A stretch of DNA of 64,000 bases from an uncultured Planctomycetia bacterium (GTDB lineage: Bacteria > Omnitrophota > Gorgyraeia > Duberdicusellales > 4484-171): positions 31,544-95,543 of the forward strand of contig CAYQUQ010000001.1 of assembly GCA_964420965.1 (NCBI GenBank), read 5' to 3'. The translations under genes and the position numbers were made by a program. The notes under the pieces were generated by a model, which saw only the letters and a list, made by a program, of their open reading frames with translations, ran no database searches and was not told where the DNA came from. Below, piece by piece: positions 26,286 to 34,988 of this stretch (its first letter is position 1; every line of letters begins with the position of its first letter).

Positions 26286-26445
26286 CCATAAAGCAGCATT
26301 TTCTCACTAAGACACGATTTTGCCTTGCCTACGGCAGGCACACAAAAAATGGCTAAAAATCGGCTCCCAGCCTCCGGGCTCGCCGATTTTCTTAACGCCA
26401 TTTTTTGCTAAAATCGTGAAATGTTCGAAAATACTGCTTTATTCC
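26286..26445. repeat. About 160-bp nested imperfect palindrome downstream of the giant ORF (inner hairpin 26343-26407); terminator or MITE-like
   Basis: Outer arms ccataaagcagcattttc...cacgattttgcc pair with gctaaaatcgtg...gaaaatactgctttattcc; inner arms caaaaaatggctaaaaatcggc pair with gccgattttcttaacgccattttttg. Confidence 0.7.
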
Positions 26446-26483
26446 ACGACTTATCAGGGCAGTAGGCCGTCTTAAAAAAAGGC

Positions 26484-26511
26484 TTGACTAAAACTTGAAA
26501 GATAGTAAAAT
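26484..26511 (+). promoter_or_regulatory. Sigma-70-type promoter candidate for the acyl-CoA ligase gene (TTGACT-N16-TAAAAT)
   Basis: ttgactaaaacttgaaagatagtaaaat lies about 30 bp upstream of the ATG at 26541. Confidence 0.5.
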
Positions 26512-26540
26512 TTTACTAATCAAATTTTACTAGTTTTCCG

Positions 26541-28037
26541 ATGCATATCCAAAATCTGCTTACAAAACATACCCAAATTTGTCCCGGCAAAGCGGCCATA
26601 ATCTTTGAAGGCCGGGCTATTTCTTTCTCCGAGCTCAAAGAGAAGGCCTTGAGAGTCGGTAATTATTTATACCGTAGAGGTATCGGCAAAGAAGAAAAGG
26701 TCGCCCTTTTTCTGGCCAATACCCCCGAGGCCGTATTCAGTTTTCTGGGGGTATATGCGGTGGGGGCCTGTGTAGTCCCTCTGGATTTTATGCTCACCGA
26801 AGAGGAGGTTATAAATCTCCTTAACCACAGCCAGGCCAAAATTTTAATTACGTATCCCCGGAAAGGAGTAGATTTAGCCCAGGTCAAAAGCCGCTGTCCC
26901 CATTTACAGGAAATAGTCGTTTGCGCCGAAGCTGCGGCTGGTTTTACATCCTGGGATACTATGCTTAAGGAGAGCAAAGCCGATGAGATTCCGGTAACCA
27001 TTGATCAGAATGACCTTTCTTCTATATTTTATACTTCGGGGTCAACCGGCCATCCTAAAGGGGTAATGCTTAACTATGCGCATCTGGATAACCCCCCTTA
27101 CGCGGTAGATTATTTTTTAAAACTGTCCGCAGAGGATATATTCCTGTGCGGGGGGGTCCCTTTTTCTCACGTCGGCGGTTTAGTTTATATTCTGTTGACC
27201 CTGCGTTTTAGCACCACCCTGGTCCTGATGCGGCGTTTCCATCCTTTTGAGTTTTTGAAAAATATCCAGGAACACCGGGCTACTATTTTCTGTATTGTGC
27301 CGGCCATGTTTATGGCTATTTTATCCTTAAAAGATTATGAAGGCTTTGATTTTTCCTGCCTGCGCTATGCTGTTGTTTTTGGCGCTCCCTCTTCACCCGA
27401 ACTGCTTAAGCGTTTCCACCAGGCTTATCCTAAGGCTCAGTTAGGAAACGGCTGGGGTATGACTGAAACCGCTGCCCCCAACACTTTGTCCGTAGGCGAT
27501 GCCAACATAAGAAGTATCGGCAAATTCACGCCCAATATAGAGGTAAAGGTAATCAACGATAAAGGTGATAGCTTAGGGCCCAATCAGCGCGGCGAACTCA
27601 TGCTCAAGGGCCAGCCGGTAATGACCGGTTATTTTAAGGAGCCGGAATTGACCAGCCAGGCTTTAACCGGCGACGGCTGGCTTAAGACCGGGGACGTGGC
27701 CTATTTTGATGAGGCGGGTTTTTATTATATTGTGGGCCGTAAAAAAGACATGATTAAGGTCGCCGGAGAGATTGTATTCTCTGCCGAGGTCGAAGAAAAA
27801 ATTCTTAAGAATCCTAAAGTCCAAGAAGCAGCCGTTATCGGCGTCGCCGATAAATTGCGGGGAGAAGTACCCAAAGCCTTTATTGCGGCCAAAGCCGAGC
27901 AGACTTTAGACGAACAGGAGCTAAAAGAATTCTTAAAAGAACACCTGGCCCATTTTAAGATGCCCCATTATTTTGTGTTTGTGGATGAACTGCCTAAAAA
28001 CCGAACCGGGAAGATAGATAAGACCAGGTTAAGTTAA
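26541..28037 (+). CDS. AMP-dependent synthetase/ligase (acyl- or aryl-CoA ligase)
   Basis: AMP-binding motif YTSGSTGHPKGV; GWGMTET; C-terminal GEIVFSAEVEE...KMPHYF..VDELPKNRTGKI. Confidence 0.9.
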   Translation: MHIQNLLTKHTQICPGKAAIIFEGRAISFSELKEKALRVGNYLYRRGIGKEEKVALFLANTPEAVFSFLGVYAVGACVVPLDFMLTEEEVINLLNHSQAKILITYPRKGVDLAQVKSRCPHLQEIVVCAEAAAGFTSWDTMLKESKADEIPVTIDQNDLSSIFYTSGSTGHPKGVMLNYAHLDNPPYAVDYFLKLSAEDIFLCGGVPFSHVGGLVYILLTLRFSTTLVLMRRFHPFEFLKNIQEHRATIFCIVPAMFMAILSLKDYEGFDFSCLRYAVVFGAPSSPELLKRFHQAYPKAQLGNGWGMTETAAPNTLSVGDANIRSIGKFTPNIEVKVINDKGDSLGPNQRGELMLKGQPVMTGYFKEPELTSQALTGDGWLKTGDVAYFDEAGFYYIVGRKKDMIKVAGEIVFSAEVEEKILKNPKVQEAAVIGVADKLRGEVPKAFIAAKAEQTLDEQELKEFLKEHLAHFKMPHYFVFVDELPKNRTGKIDKTRLS

Positions 28038-28045
28038 GATCTCTC

Positions 28046-28127
28046 ATCCCGTCCGCCAATGGCGGACGTCGGGATTCGAGATCAATTTTCCTGACTTAAG
28101 GTCAGGGGAAAATTGAGGAGAATAACC
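28046..28127 (+). terminator. Terminator-like hairpin with conserved tail GGGATTCGAGATCAATTTTCCTGA and AAAATTGAGGAG RBS module, copy 2
   Basis: cgtccgccaatggcggacgtcgggattcgagatcaattttcctgacttaaggtcaggggaaaattgaggagaataaccATG. Confidence 0.6.
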
Positions 28128-28883
28128 ATGATGCAACGCGATATTCATATGACTGCCCAAGAGCTTCTCTATTCACTGCAATTTAAAGACGGCGATTTCG
28201 GGGAAATTGCTTTGGTCAGCGGTCAGCAGCACCGGGCCCAAATGTGCCTTAAGCACCTTGAAAACCACGTTAAGAATTTTACCTTTTTAGGTTATACCTT
28301 CTGGACCGGATTTTATAAGGGCAAAAAGGTAACTGTGGGTAACGGCGGCTTTTACGCCCCGGATTCGGCTTTGGCCACCGAACTTTTATGTGCCGGCGGA
28401 ATCAATACTTTTATCCGCCTGGGTTCCTGCGGGGCCTTGCGCCAAGATATCAATATCGGCGATTATGTCTTGGTTACCGATGTTCTCAGAGGCGACGGGA
28501 CAACCCGCTATTATGTTGCCGACGATTTTGTTCCCCGCATAAGCAGTGACTTAAGCGACAGCTTAGAGGCGGCTTTTAAGGAAGCCGGGCCGGTGCATCG
28601 GGGCGGAATCTGGACCACCGATGCCATATTCCGCGAGACCAAAGAAATAGTCAATCCCTATATCGAGAAGGGGGTCATTGCCGTGGACATGGTAACCTCG
28701 CCTTTTGTTACCGTAGCTAATTTAAACCACAAGAAAGTCGCCGCCATATGCGCAGTTTCCGATAATCTGATTACCGGCCAGATGGGCTTTACCGACTTCC
28801 GCTTTTTTGAAGCCGAAATGAAAATGACCGGTTTAGCCTTTAAGGCCATCGAAAATCTTATCGCGGCCCCGGCCCCGGATTAA
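28128..28883 (+). CDS. Nucleoside phosphorylase, PNP/UDP family 1 (purine, MTA or uridine phosphorylase-like)
   Basis: GSCGAL motif; VDMVTSPF; start chosen at ATG 28128 (RBS GAGGAG 7 nt upstream) rather than the TTG at 28113. Confidence 0.7.
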   Translation: MMQRDIHMTAQELLYSLQFKDGDFGEIALVSGQQHRAQMCLKHLENHVKNFTFLGYTFWTGFYKGKKVTVGNGGFYAPDSALATELLCAGGINTFIRLGSCGALRQDINIGDYVLVTDVLRGDGTTRYYVADDFVPRISSDLSDSLEAAFKEAGPVHRGGIWTTDAIFRETKEIVNPYIEKGVIAVDMVTSPFVTVANLNHKKVAAICAVSDNLITGQMGFTDFRFFEAEMKMTGLAFKAIENLIAAPAPD

Positions 28884-28896
28884 CCAGGAGAAAATC

Positions 28897-29157
28897 ATGG
28901 AAATTAAATGGAACGAAGAAACCCGGAAGCATTTTGACCAGGTGATCGGAAATCTGCCCCAGTTTCACCGGACCATTGCCCAGCAACTGGTCAAGGAGAG
29001 CGCGGAAACTATCGCCCAAGAGCGGAGTTCGCCCTGCGTGGAGGAGAAAGATCTGGTGGTAGCTTTTTTTAAAGAAGTGCCGCCGGCTTTTAAGGATATG
29101 ATGAAGCGGCTGTTTAATCAGCAGGGCATAGATTATAGTAAATATGTAGATGGGTAG
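28897..29157 (+). CDS. Small hypothetical protein (86 aa)
   Basis: ORF with RBS AGGAGAAAA; tightly packed between the phosphorylase and the reductase; no motif I recognise. Confidence 0.45.
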   Translation: MEIKWNEETRKHFDQVIGNLPQFHRTIAQQLVKESAETIAQERSSPCVEEKDLVVAFFKEVPPAFKDMMKRLFNQQGIDYSKYVDG

Positions 29158-29165
29158 AAAATAAA

Positions 29166-30182
29166 ATGAAAGTAGCGGTTTTAGGTTGTGGAGCCATCGG
29201 CGGACTTGTCTTAGGGTATCTGTCCCGGGAGGGGTGCGATGTGATAGGGATTGTGCGGGACTATCAAAAGGAACTCCTGTTGAAAGCCGGTTTAAATATA
29301 GAGGGCGTTCGGGGCAACCAAGCCATTAAGGTAAAAGTCGACACAGCTTTAAGGGAAAGGGTAGACCTGGCCATTTTTGCCACTAAGATAAACAATCTCG
29401 AGGACATTATAAAAGAAAATATCGCGTTTTTAAAAGACTCGACCGCTCTTTCTACTCAAAACGGCATCCAGGCCGATTACCTGCTGAATAAGTTTTTTGT
29501 TCCAGAAAAAATTATCACCGGTATCGTTATGTTCGGGGCCACTTTTTACGCTCCCAGCAAAGTTGTGCATAATTTTGAAGGGGATTTTATATTAGGTAAT
29601 ATATATAATACTAAAGTAAATTCTTTGGATAATGTCCTAAACTTATTAAAGCCGGCTTTCAATGCCGTTAATTTAGAAAATATAAAGGGTGCTAAGTACC
29701 TGAAATTATTTATCAATTTGAATAATTGCCTCCCGGCTATTTTAGGACTCTCCATGCAGGAGACTTATTCCGATATAGATTTAGCTAAGTTAGCCATACA
29801 ACTTAATAAAGAGGCTTACGTAGTTATAAGCAAAGCCAATATTAAATTAGAGAGCCTGCCAAGTTATCCCCAAGAAAGAATACAGGGCTTAATCTCAATG
29901 CCGATTGAAGAAGCGGCCGGCCTTTTTTCCAAAATAATGACCAATTTAAGCAAAGAACCTTTATACGGCTCAATCTTGCAGAGTATAAAACGCGGCAAAA
30001 AATCAGAGATTGATTACATCAACGGAGAAATCAGGCACCAGGCCACAGCTAATAAACAGCAAGCACCTTTAAATACAAAAATAGTTGAATTGGTGCATCA
30101 GGTGGAAGAAAGGGGTAGGTTTTTTTCTAAGGAAGAATTGCTATCGCAGTTAAAAGGAGCAGTGTCCCATGAAAAATTATAA
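29166..30182 (+). CDS. 2-dehydropantoate 2-reductase (ApbA/PanE) family NAD(P)-dependent oxidoreductase
   Basis: N-terminal Rossmann MKVAVLGCGAIGGLVLGYL; ApbA-like length and C-terminal domain. Confidence 0.75.
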   Translation: MKVAVLGCGAIGGLVLGYLSREGCDVIGIVRDYQKELLLKAGLNIEGVRGNQAIKVKVDTALRERVDLAIFATKINNLEDIIKENIAFLKDSTALSTQNGIQADYLLNKFFVPEKIITGIVMFGATFYAPSKVVHNFEGDFILGNIYNTKVNSLDNVLNLLKPAFNAVNLENIKGAKYLKLFINLNNCLPAILGLSMQETYSDIDLAKLAIQLNKEAYVVISKANIKLESLPSYPQERIQGLISMPIEEAAGLFSKIMTNLSKEPLYGSILQSIKRGKKSEIDYINGEIRHQATANKQQAPLNTKIVELVHQVEERGRFFSKEELLSQLKGAVSHEKL

Positions 30183-30792
30183 AGCAGAATATTGCCAGGC
30201 TAATTGCGCGGAAATAAATACCCCTTTTCCCCGGATCAAGCTGACTTGCATCGGTGTTTACGGCGAGTGTTATCACGGGTATGAGGTCGGCGATGAATTT
30301 ATTTTAGGTGATTTTACCCATCCGCCTCAGCACTTTTGTTTAGGCTTAGCCCATGCGGTTTTTCCGGTGGCCTATGCTTTAAGCTTCGGCGCTAAATTCG
30401 GCTTTATGGAGAATCAAAAATCATTAAAGGTAACCTGTCCCGACGGGGGCAAAGCCGAATTTTTAGTGGAATTGCTGGATAAAAATGACCAGGTTAAGTT
30501 TGTGCCCAAAGATCCCCATCACAAAGGGCCTAATCCCAAAGATATGGAGATCGAGGTGGTAAAAGCCCAGGGAAAGTGTTCTTACGGTTATAAGATTGGT
30601 GATAAATGGGAGATAAAGGGTTTAAAGTGCATCGAGGGTTTTTGCGGGGCGGCCTGGCATACGGCTTTTCCGGCCCTGTTCGCCCTTAATTTCGGAGCCA
30701 AGTTTTTCTTTATGAAGGACCACAACTCCATAGACACAGTAACCTGCCCTGACGGAGGCAATATTGTGTTTAGAGTTAGACGGAAGGAATAG
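30169..30792 (+). CDS. Cys-rich protein with an internal tandem duplication of an approximately 100-aa domain (TIGR04076-like)
   Basis: Two homologous halves: CIGVYGECYHGYEVGDEF...FCLGLAHAVFPVAYALSFGAKFGFM...VTCPDGG and CSYGYKIGDKWEI...FCGAAWHTAFPALFALNFGAKFFFM...VTCPDGG; overlaps the upstream gene by 14 nt. Confidence 0.65.
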   Translation: MKNYKAEYCQANCAEINTPFPRIKLTCIGVYGECYHGYEVGDEFILGDFTHPPQHFCLGLAHAVFPVAYALSFGAKFGFMENQKSLKVTCPDGGKAEFLVELLDKNDQVKFVPKDPHHKGPNPKDMEIEVVKAQGKCSYGYKIGDKWEIKGLKCIEGFCGAAWHTAFPALFALNFGAKFFFMKDHNSIDTVTCPDGGNIVFRVRRKE

Positions 30793-30863
30793 ATGCGGAT
30801 TACTGCGGATTTAAACGCAGATAAACGCTAAACATCTATGGCGTAGATCCGCGTGAATCAGCT
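30793..30863. repeat. GCGGAT/ATCCGC iteron-containing palindromic intercistronic element, copy R1
   Basis: gcggattactgcggatttaaacgcagataaacgc...ggcgtagatccgcgtgaatcagc. Confidence 0.7.
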
Positions 30864-30883
30864 TCTAATATGGAGGATAATAA

Positions 30884-32137
30884 ATGAAGAGAGTAGTAGT
30901 CACCGGTATCGGTATTATCTGCGGAGCAGGGGAGACAAAAGAAGAATTTTATAAAAATCTCATCGACGGTAAACCCTGTGTTGAGCGGGTGGATAATTTC
31001 GACGTCAGTTTGTTTAATTCCAAAATTGCTTCCCAGGATTTAGGTTTCGACCCCTTGAAGTTTGGCATCAAAGACCATGAACGCATGGATAGGTACGTTC
31101 AATTCAGTATTGCCGCCGCCAAACAGGCAGTTGAGGACAGCAACATCGACGGCAATTCTATCGATCACTACCGGGCCGGGGTGGTTTTAGCCAACGCTAT
31201 CTGCGGCACGCGCTGGATGGAGGAAGAGTTTCTTTTGGTGACCGATTGGGGCAAAAATCCTATCGATCCCCGCAAGGGGCGCCCTTATCTTTATGATGCC
31301 TCTATGTTTAATACCCCGAGCACAGAGATAGCCGCTATTTACGGTCTTAAAGGGATTAACTGCACTATTTCCACCGGCTGTACCGCCGGGACGGATTCCG
31401 TCGGTTTTGCCTACGAGCTGATCAGAGAGGGCCGGCAGGATATGATCGTAGCCGGAGCCGGCGAAGCACCGATTACCCCGATTACTTTCGGCGCTTTCGA
31501 CGTAATCAACGCGATTTCCAAACGTAATGACGAACCGCATAAAGCATCCCGCCCCTTTGACAAGCAGAGAGACGGATTTGTTCTTTCCGAGGCCAGCGGA
31601 ATTCTAGTGTTAGAGGAATTAGAACATGCCCGAAAAAGAGGTGCGCCGATTTACTGTGAAATAATCGGTTACGGGACTTCCTGTAATGCTTATCATATGA
31701 CTGATTTACCCCAGGACGGCGTGGCTATGGTTCAGTGTTTAGAGGAGACTTTCAAAGACGCTAAGATTGCCAAAGAAAAAATCGATTACATCAACACCCA
31801 CGGTTCATCTACCCCTCAGAATGACGTTTTCGAGACCAACGCCTACAAAACTTATTTTGGCGATTTAGCCTACCAGCTTCCGATCAGTTCAATCAAGTCG
31901 ATGATCGGGCATCCCCTGGCCGCAGCCAATGCCGTAGAGTCAGTTCTTTGTGCCCTGATTTTTAAGAAAAACATTCTTCCTCCCACCATAAATCAGGAAG
32001 AGAAAGATCCCCGGTGCGATTTAGACTATATACCTAATAAGGCCAGAGAAAAAAAAGTAGATTATATTTTGAAGACCAGCAGTGGATTCTCCGGAATTCA
32101 CTCCTCAATGGTTTTTAAACGTTGGGAGGATAAATGA
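30884..32137 (+). CDS. Beta-ketoacyl synthase, KS-alpha type (type II PKS/FAS ketosynthase)
   Basis: Active-site region ISTGCTAGTDSVGFA (Cys present); His motifs INTHGSST and SMIGHPL; 417 aa. Confidence 0.9.
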   Translation: MKRVVVTGIGIICGAGETKEEFYKNLIDGKPCVERVDNFDVSLFNSKIASQDLGFDPLKFGIKDHERMDRYVQFSIAAAKQAVEDSNIDGNSIDHYRAGVVLANAICGTRWMEEEFLLVTDWGKNPIDPRKGRPYLYDASMFNTPSTEIAAIYGLKGINCTISTGCTAGTDSVGFAYELIREGRQDMIVAGAGEAPITPITFGAFDVINAISKRNDEPHKASRPFDKQRDGFVLSEASGILVLEELEHARKRGAPIYCEIIGYGTSCNAYHMTDLPQDGVAMVQCLEETFKDAKIAKEKIDYINTHGSSTPQNDVFETNAYKTYFGDLAYQLPISSIKSMIGHPLAAANAVESVLCALIFKKNILPPTINQEEKDPRCDLDYIPNKAREKKVDYILKTSSGFSGIHSSMVFKRWEDK

Positions 32138-33369
32138 AAGAGCGCGTTGCCGTTACCGGCTTAGGGGTTGTTTCACCGGCAGGATTGAAGAAGGAGACTT
32201 TCTGGGCTAATTTAAAGGCCGGCCGCTCGTTCATTGACGCCATAAAACGTTTTGATGCCGGGCTGTATCCTTCCCGAATTGCCGGACAGGTCCGGGAGTT
32301 AGATATTTATACCCATCTTTCCGGCCGGCTGCTTAAAAAAATAGATGTATTTTCTCATATGGCCCTGGTTGCCAGCGATCAAGCCTTTAAAGATGCCCAG
32401 GCTGATTTAGATAAAATTGATAAAAATAGAGTGGGAGTATTTATGGGTAACGCTTTAGGCGGCTGGCTGTTTGCCGAAACCGAGTTAAGGGATTTATATT
32501 TAGAAGGAAGAGAAGGAATTTCTCCCTATATGGCTTCGGCCTGGTTTCCGGCTGCACCCCAGGGGCAGGTCACCATTTACTACGGGATTAAAGGTTACAG
32601 TAAGACCGTAGTTGCCGATAAAGCCTCCAGCGCTTTAGCGGTCTGGTACGGCTCAAGAGTTTTAAGGGATGAAAAGAGCGATTTTATTTTAGCCGGGGGG
32701 ATGGAAGCTCCGATTACCCCTTACGCCCTTTTATGCGCTAATACCTACGGGAGCCTTTCTAAAAATAATATGATCCCTCATTGCGCCTACCGGCCTTATG
32801 ATTTGTATCGTGACGGATTTGTAATCGGAGAAGGTTCGGGCATGACGCTGCTGGAAAGGGAAAGCCAGGCTTTAAAAAGAGGCGTGCATATTTACGGATT
32901 CATAAAAGGTATTGGCTTCAGTTCCGACGGGATTCACCACATGCGCTATGCGCTGGAAACGGAAGCTTTAGAATACGCAATTGACCAATGCCTTAAGGAT
33001 TGCGGCTGGAATAAAGAAGACGTAGATTACATCTGTCTCGACGGAGAGGCTACTGCCCTGGGCGACGCCCTGGAAGCAAAAGCTCTGCATCATGTTTTTG
33101 GGGACAAACTTAAAAGCATTTCTTTAAGCGCTCCCAAAAGCATGTACGGTAATCTCCTCGGAGCTCAGACTTCCCTGGATTTAATTGCCACTCTGCTTTC
33201 CATGCAAAACAGCCTTGTGCTTCCCACTATCAATTTCACGGAAAAAGACCCTCACTGCGATATCGACTGCACGCCGAATGAACCGGTTTCCCGGGATATA
33301 AATAAGGCTTTGATTCTGGCCCGGGGTCGCGGCGGAATAAACGTAGCTTTAGGAGTAGAAAAGGAATAG
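32134..33369 (+). CDS. Beta-ketoacyl synthase-like partner subunit (KS-beta/chain-length-factor-like; active-site Cys absent)
   Basis: KS fold, but the active-site position reads VADKASSALAV (no Cys; Lys where canonical chain-length factors have Gln); translationally coupled to KS-alpha by a 4-bp overlap. Confidence 0.8.
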   Translation: MKERVAVTGLGVVSPAGLKKETFWANLKAGRSFIDAIKRFDAGLYPSRIAGQVRELDIYTHLSGRLLKKIDVFSHMALVASDQAFKDAQADLDKIDKNRVGVFMGNALGGWLFAETELRDLYLEGREGISPYMASAWFPAAPQGQVTIYYGIKGYSKTVVADKASSALAVWYGSRVLRDEKSDFILAGGMEAPITPYALLCANTYGSLSKNNMIPHCAYRPYDLYRDGFVIGEGSGMTLLERESQALKRGVHIYGFIKGIGFSSDGIHHMRYALETEALEYAIDQCLKDCGWNKEDVDYICLDGEATALGDALEAKALHHVFGDKLKSISLSAPKSMYGNLLGAQTSLDLIATLLSMQNSLVLPTINFTEKDPHCDIDCTPNEPVSRDINKALILARGRGGINVALGVEKE

Positions 33370-33379
33370 GGAGGTTAGT

Positions 33380-33613
33380 ATGACCTTAAAGGAAGAAATT
33401 ATCGATTTGATTTGCCAGGCCTTAGAGGTCAAAAAGGAAGAAATTAAAGAGGACCAGACTTTATATGATTCCGTAGGGGTTGATTCTACCGAGATGGTGG
33501 AGCTGAGGGTAGCCATTAATAAGAATTTGGGCGTTAATTTAGAACAGGGCGATATTACCAATAAACAAACCATAAACCAGATTGTAGACACAGTCCAAAA
33601 CAAAAAACAATAA
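33380..33613 (+). CDS. Acyl carrier protein
   Basis: 77 aa; phosphopantetheine attachment motif DSVGVDSTEMVEL. Confidence 0.85.
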   Translation: MTLKEEIIDLICQALEVKKEEIKEDQTLYDSVGVDSTEMVELRVAINKNLGVNLEQGDITNKQTINQIVDTVQNKKQ

Positions 33614-33620
33614 TTTGTAG

Positions 33621-33640
33621 GGGCCGGACATGTCCGGCCC
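33621..33640 (+). terminator. Perfect 20-bp palindrome gggccggacatgtccggccc directly after the ACP gene (intercistronic stem-loop)
   Basis: Direct reading; a similar TAGGGGCCG...CGGCCC hairpin follows korB at 63361-63383. Confidence 0.5.
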
Positions 33641-33652
33641 GATACTAAATCA

Positions 33653-34450
33653 ATGAAAATAATAGATATAAGTTTACCCATTGACGATACCGCTTTCGAG
33701 GTGCATCCTTTAAGGATTGAGCGCACTTTGCATCAGGAAGGCGTGGAAAAATTGAATAAAGTGCTTATGTCGCGCACCCCGGAGCAAAAAGCGCAATACG
33801 AAAAGGGTGAGCGGATTATCGAAAGAAAAGATTTGCCGGACGAAGAATTCTTATCCCTGGAGATGGTTTACTCCTCGGTTCACAGCGGGACCCACCTCGA
33901 TTATTCATACCACTACGGCAGTGAATCTGAAGGCCGGCCTTCAAAAACTGCCGATGAGATTCCTTTAGACTGGTGTTATCAAAATGGTGTGAAAATTACC
34001 CTGACTCACAAAAAGGCTGATCAGGTGATTACAGCCCAGGATATCGAAGAAGGTCTTAACAGGATTAATTACCAGATAAAGCCGTTAGACATTGTTTTGC
34101 TGCATACCGGTTGCGATAAACTCTTTGGCCGGTCCGAATATTTCAGCGATTATCCCGGCATTGACGCTTCGGCTATAGATTATTTGCTGGATAAAGGGGT
34201 TAAAATATTCGGAGTTGATACCATGGGCATTGACCGTCCTTATAAATTCATGATCAAAGAATTTTTGGAGAAGAAAAACCCTAAGCATTTATGGCCGTCC
34301 CATTTCCACGGCCGTAAGCGAGAATTTATCCATATCGAAAGATTGGCCCATTTAGATAAATTACCTGATTTGGGGTTTAAAGTAATTTGTTTTCCGGTAC
34401 GGATCAGGCAAACCGGCGCAGCCTGGGCCAGAGCGGTAGCGATTTTATAA
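33653..34450 (+). CDS. Putative cyclase family protein (PF04199-like, kynurenine-formamidase fold)
   Basis: MKIIDISLPIDDT; SVHSGTHLDYSYHYG; GVDTMGID; this family was named for its occurrence in polyketide clusters. Confidence 0.75.
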   Translation: MKIIDISLPIDDTAFEVHPLRIERTLHQEGVEKLNKVLMSRTPEQKAQYEKGERIIERKDLPDEEFLSLEMVYSSVHSGTHLDYSYHYGSESEGRPSKTADEIPLDWCYQNGVKITLTHKKADQVITAQDIEEGLNRINYQIKPLDIVLLHTGCDKLFGRSEYFSDYPGIDASAIDYLLDKGVKIFGVDTMGIDRPYKFMIKEFLEKKNPKHLWPSHFHGRKREFIHIERLAHLDKLPDLGFKVICFPVRIRQTGAAWARAVAIL

Positions 34451-34531
34451 AAGCTTTCAGCTATCAGCCATCAGCTCTCAGCATAGAGATAAAAAAGCTG
34501 ACAGCTGAAAGCAGAAAGCTGATAGCTAAAA
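34451..34531. repeat. CAGCT/AGCTG-rich imperfect palindrome between the cyclase and SRPBCC genes
   Basis: aagctttcagctatcagccatcagctctcagc...gctgacagctgaaagcagaaagctgatagct. Confidence 0.5.
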
Positions 34532-34544
34532 AAGGAGGATTAAG

Positions 34545-34988
34545 ATGGCGCACACCCGAAATGCAATCGTGATCAATGCTGCTTATGACAAGGTTTTTGA
34601 TGTCAGTAATGATATTGCCCGCTGGAAGGAATTCTTCAATGAATACACTGAGTCAGAAGTTTTGGAAAAACAAGGCAATAAACTGACTTTTAAGCTTACC
34701 CACGAAAAAGGGATGAATTGGAAATCCTACCGGCTGCTATTTAAAGAAGATAAGTTTGCTTATGCTTCCCGGGTCGAACCGATGTTTCCTTTCGAATACA
34801 TGCGGATTATCTGGCTCTATCGGGAAGTAGAGGGTGGTACGGAGATGATCTGGATTCAGGATTTTAAGATGGATAAAGGGGCTAAGTTTACCGACGAGCA
34901 GGTGGAGAAGATGATGAATGAGCACTCCCAGGAAAACTTAAAGCGGTTTAAGGAGATTATCGAAAGCGAAGCGAAAGTGAATGCCTAA
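34545..34988 (+). CDS. SRPBCC (Bet v1-like) polyketide cyclase/dehydrase family protein
   Basis: 147 aa; N-terminus IVINAAYDKVFDVSNDIARWKEFF typical of SRPBCC/aromatase-cyclase domains. Confidence 0.7.
   Translation: MAHTRNAIVINAAYDKVFDVSNDIARWKEFFNEYTESEVLEKQGNKLTFKLTHEKGMNWKSYRLLFKEDKFAYASRVEPMFPFEYMRIIWLYREVEGGTEMIWIQDFKMDKGAKFTDEQVEKMMNEHSQENLKRFKEIIESEAKVNA

Noticed and set aside
26040-26401. ORFs 26040-26291 (+) and 26111-26401 (-) at the giant-gene 3' end
   Set aside because: They overlap the giant ORF in other frames and run into the 160-bp palindrome. They have no RBS and give low-complexity translations.
28113-28127. TTG start at 28113 for the nucleoside phosphorylase
   Set aside because: The GAGGAG Shine-Dalgarno at 28115-28120 is positioned 7 nt before the ATG at 28128. 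The TTG at 28113 would overlap the RBS.
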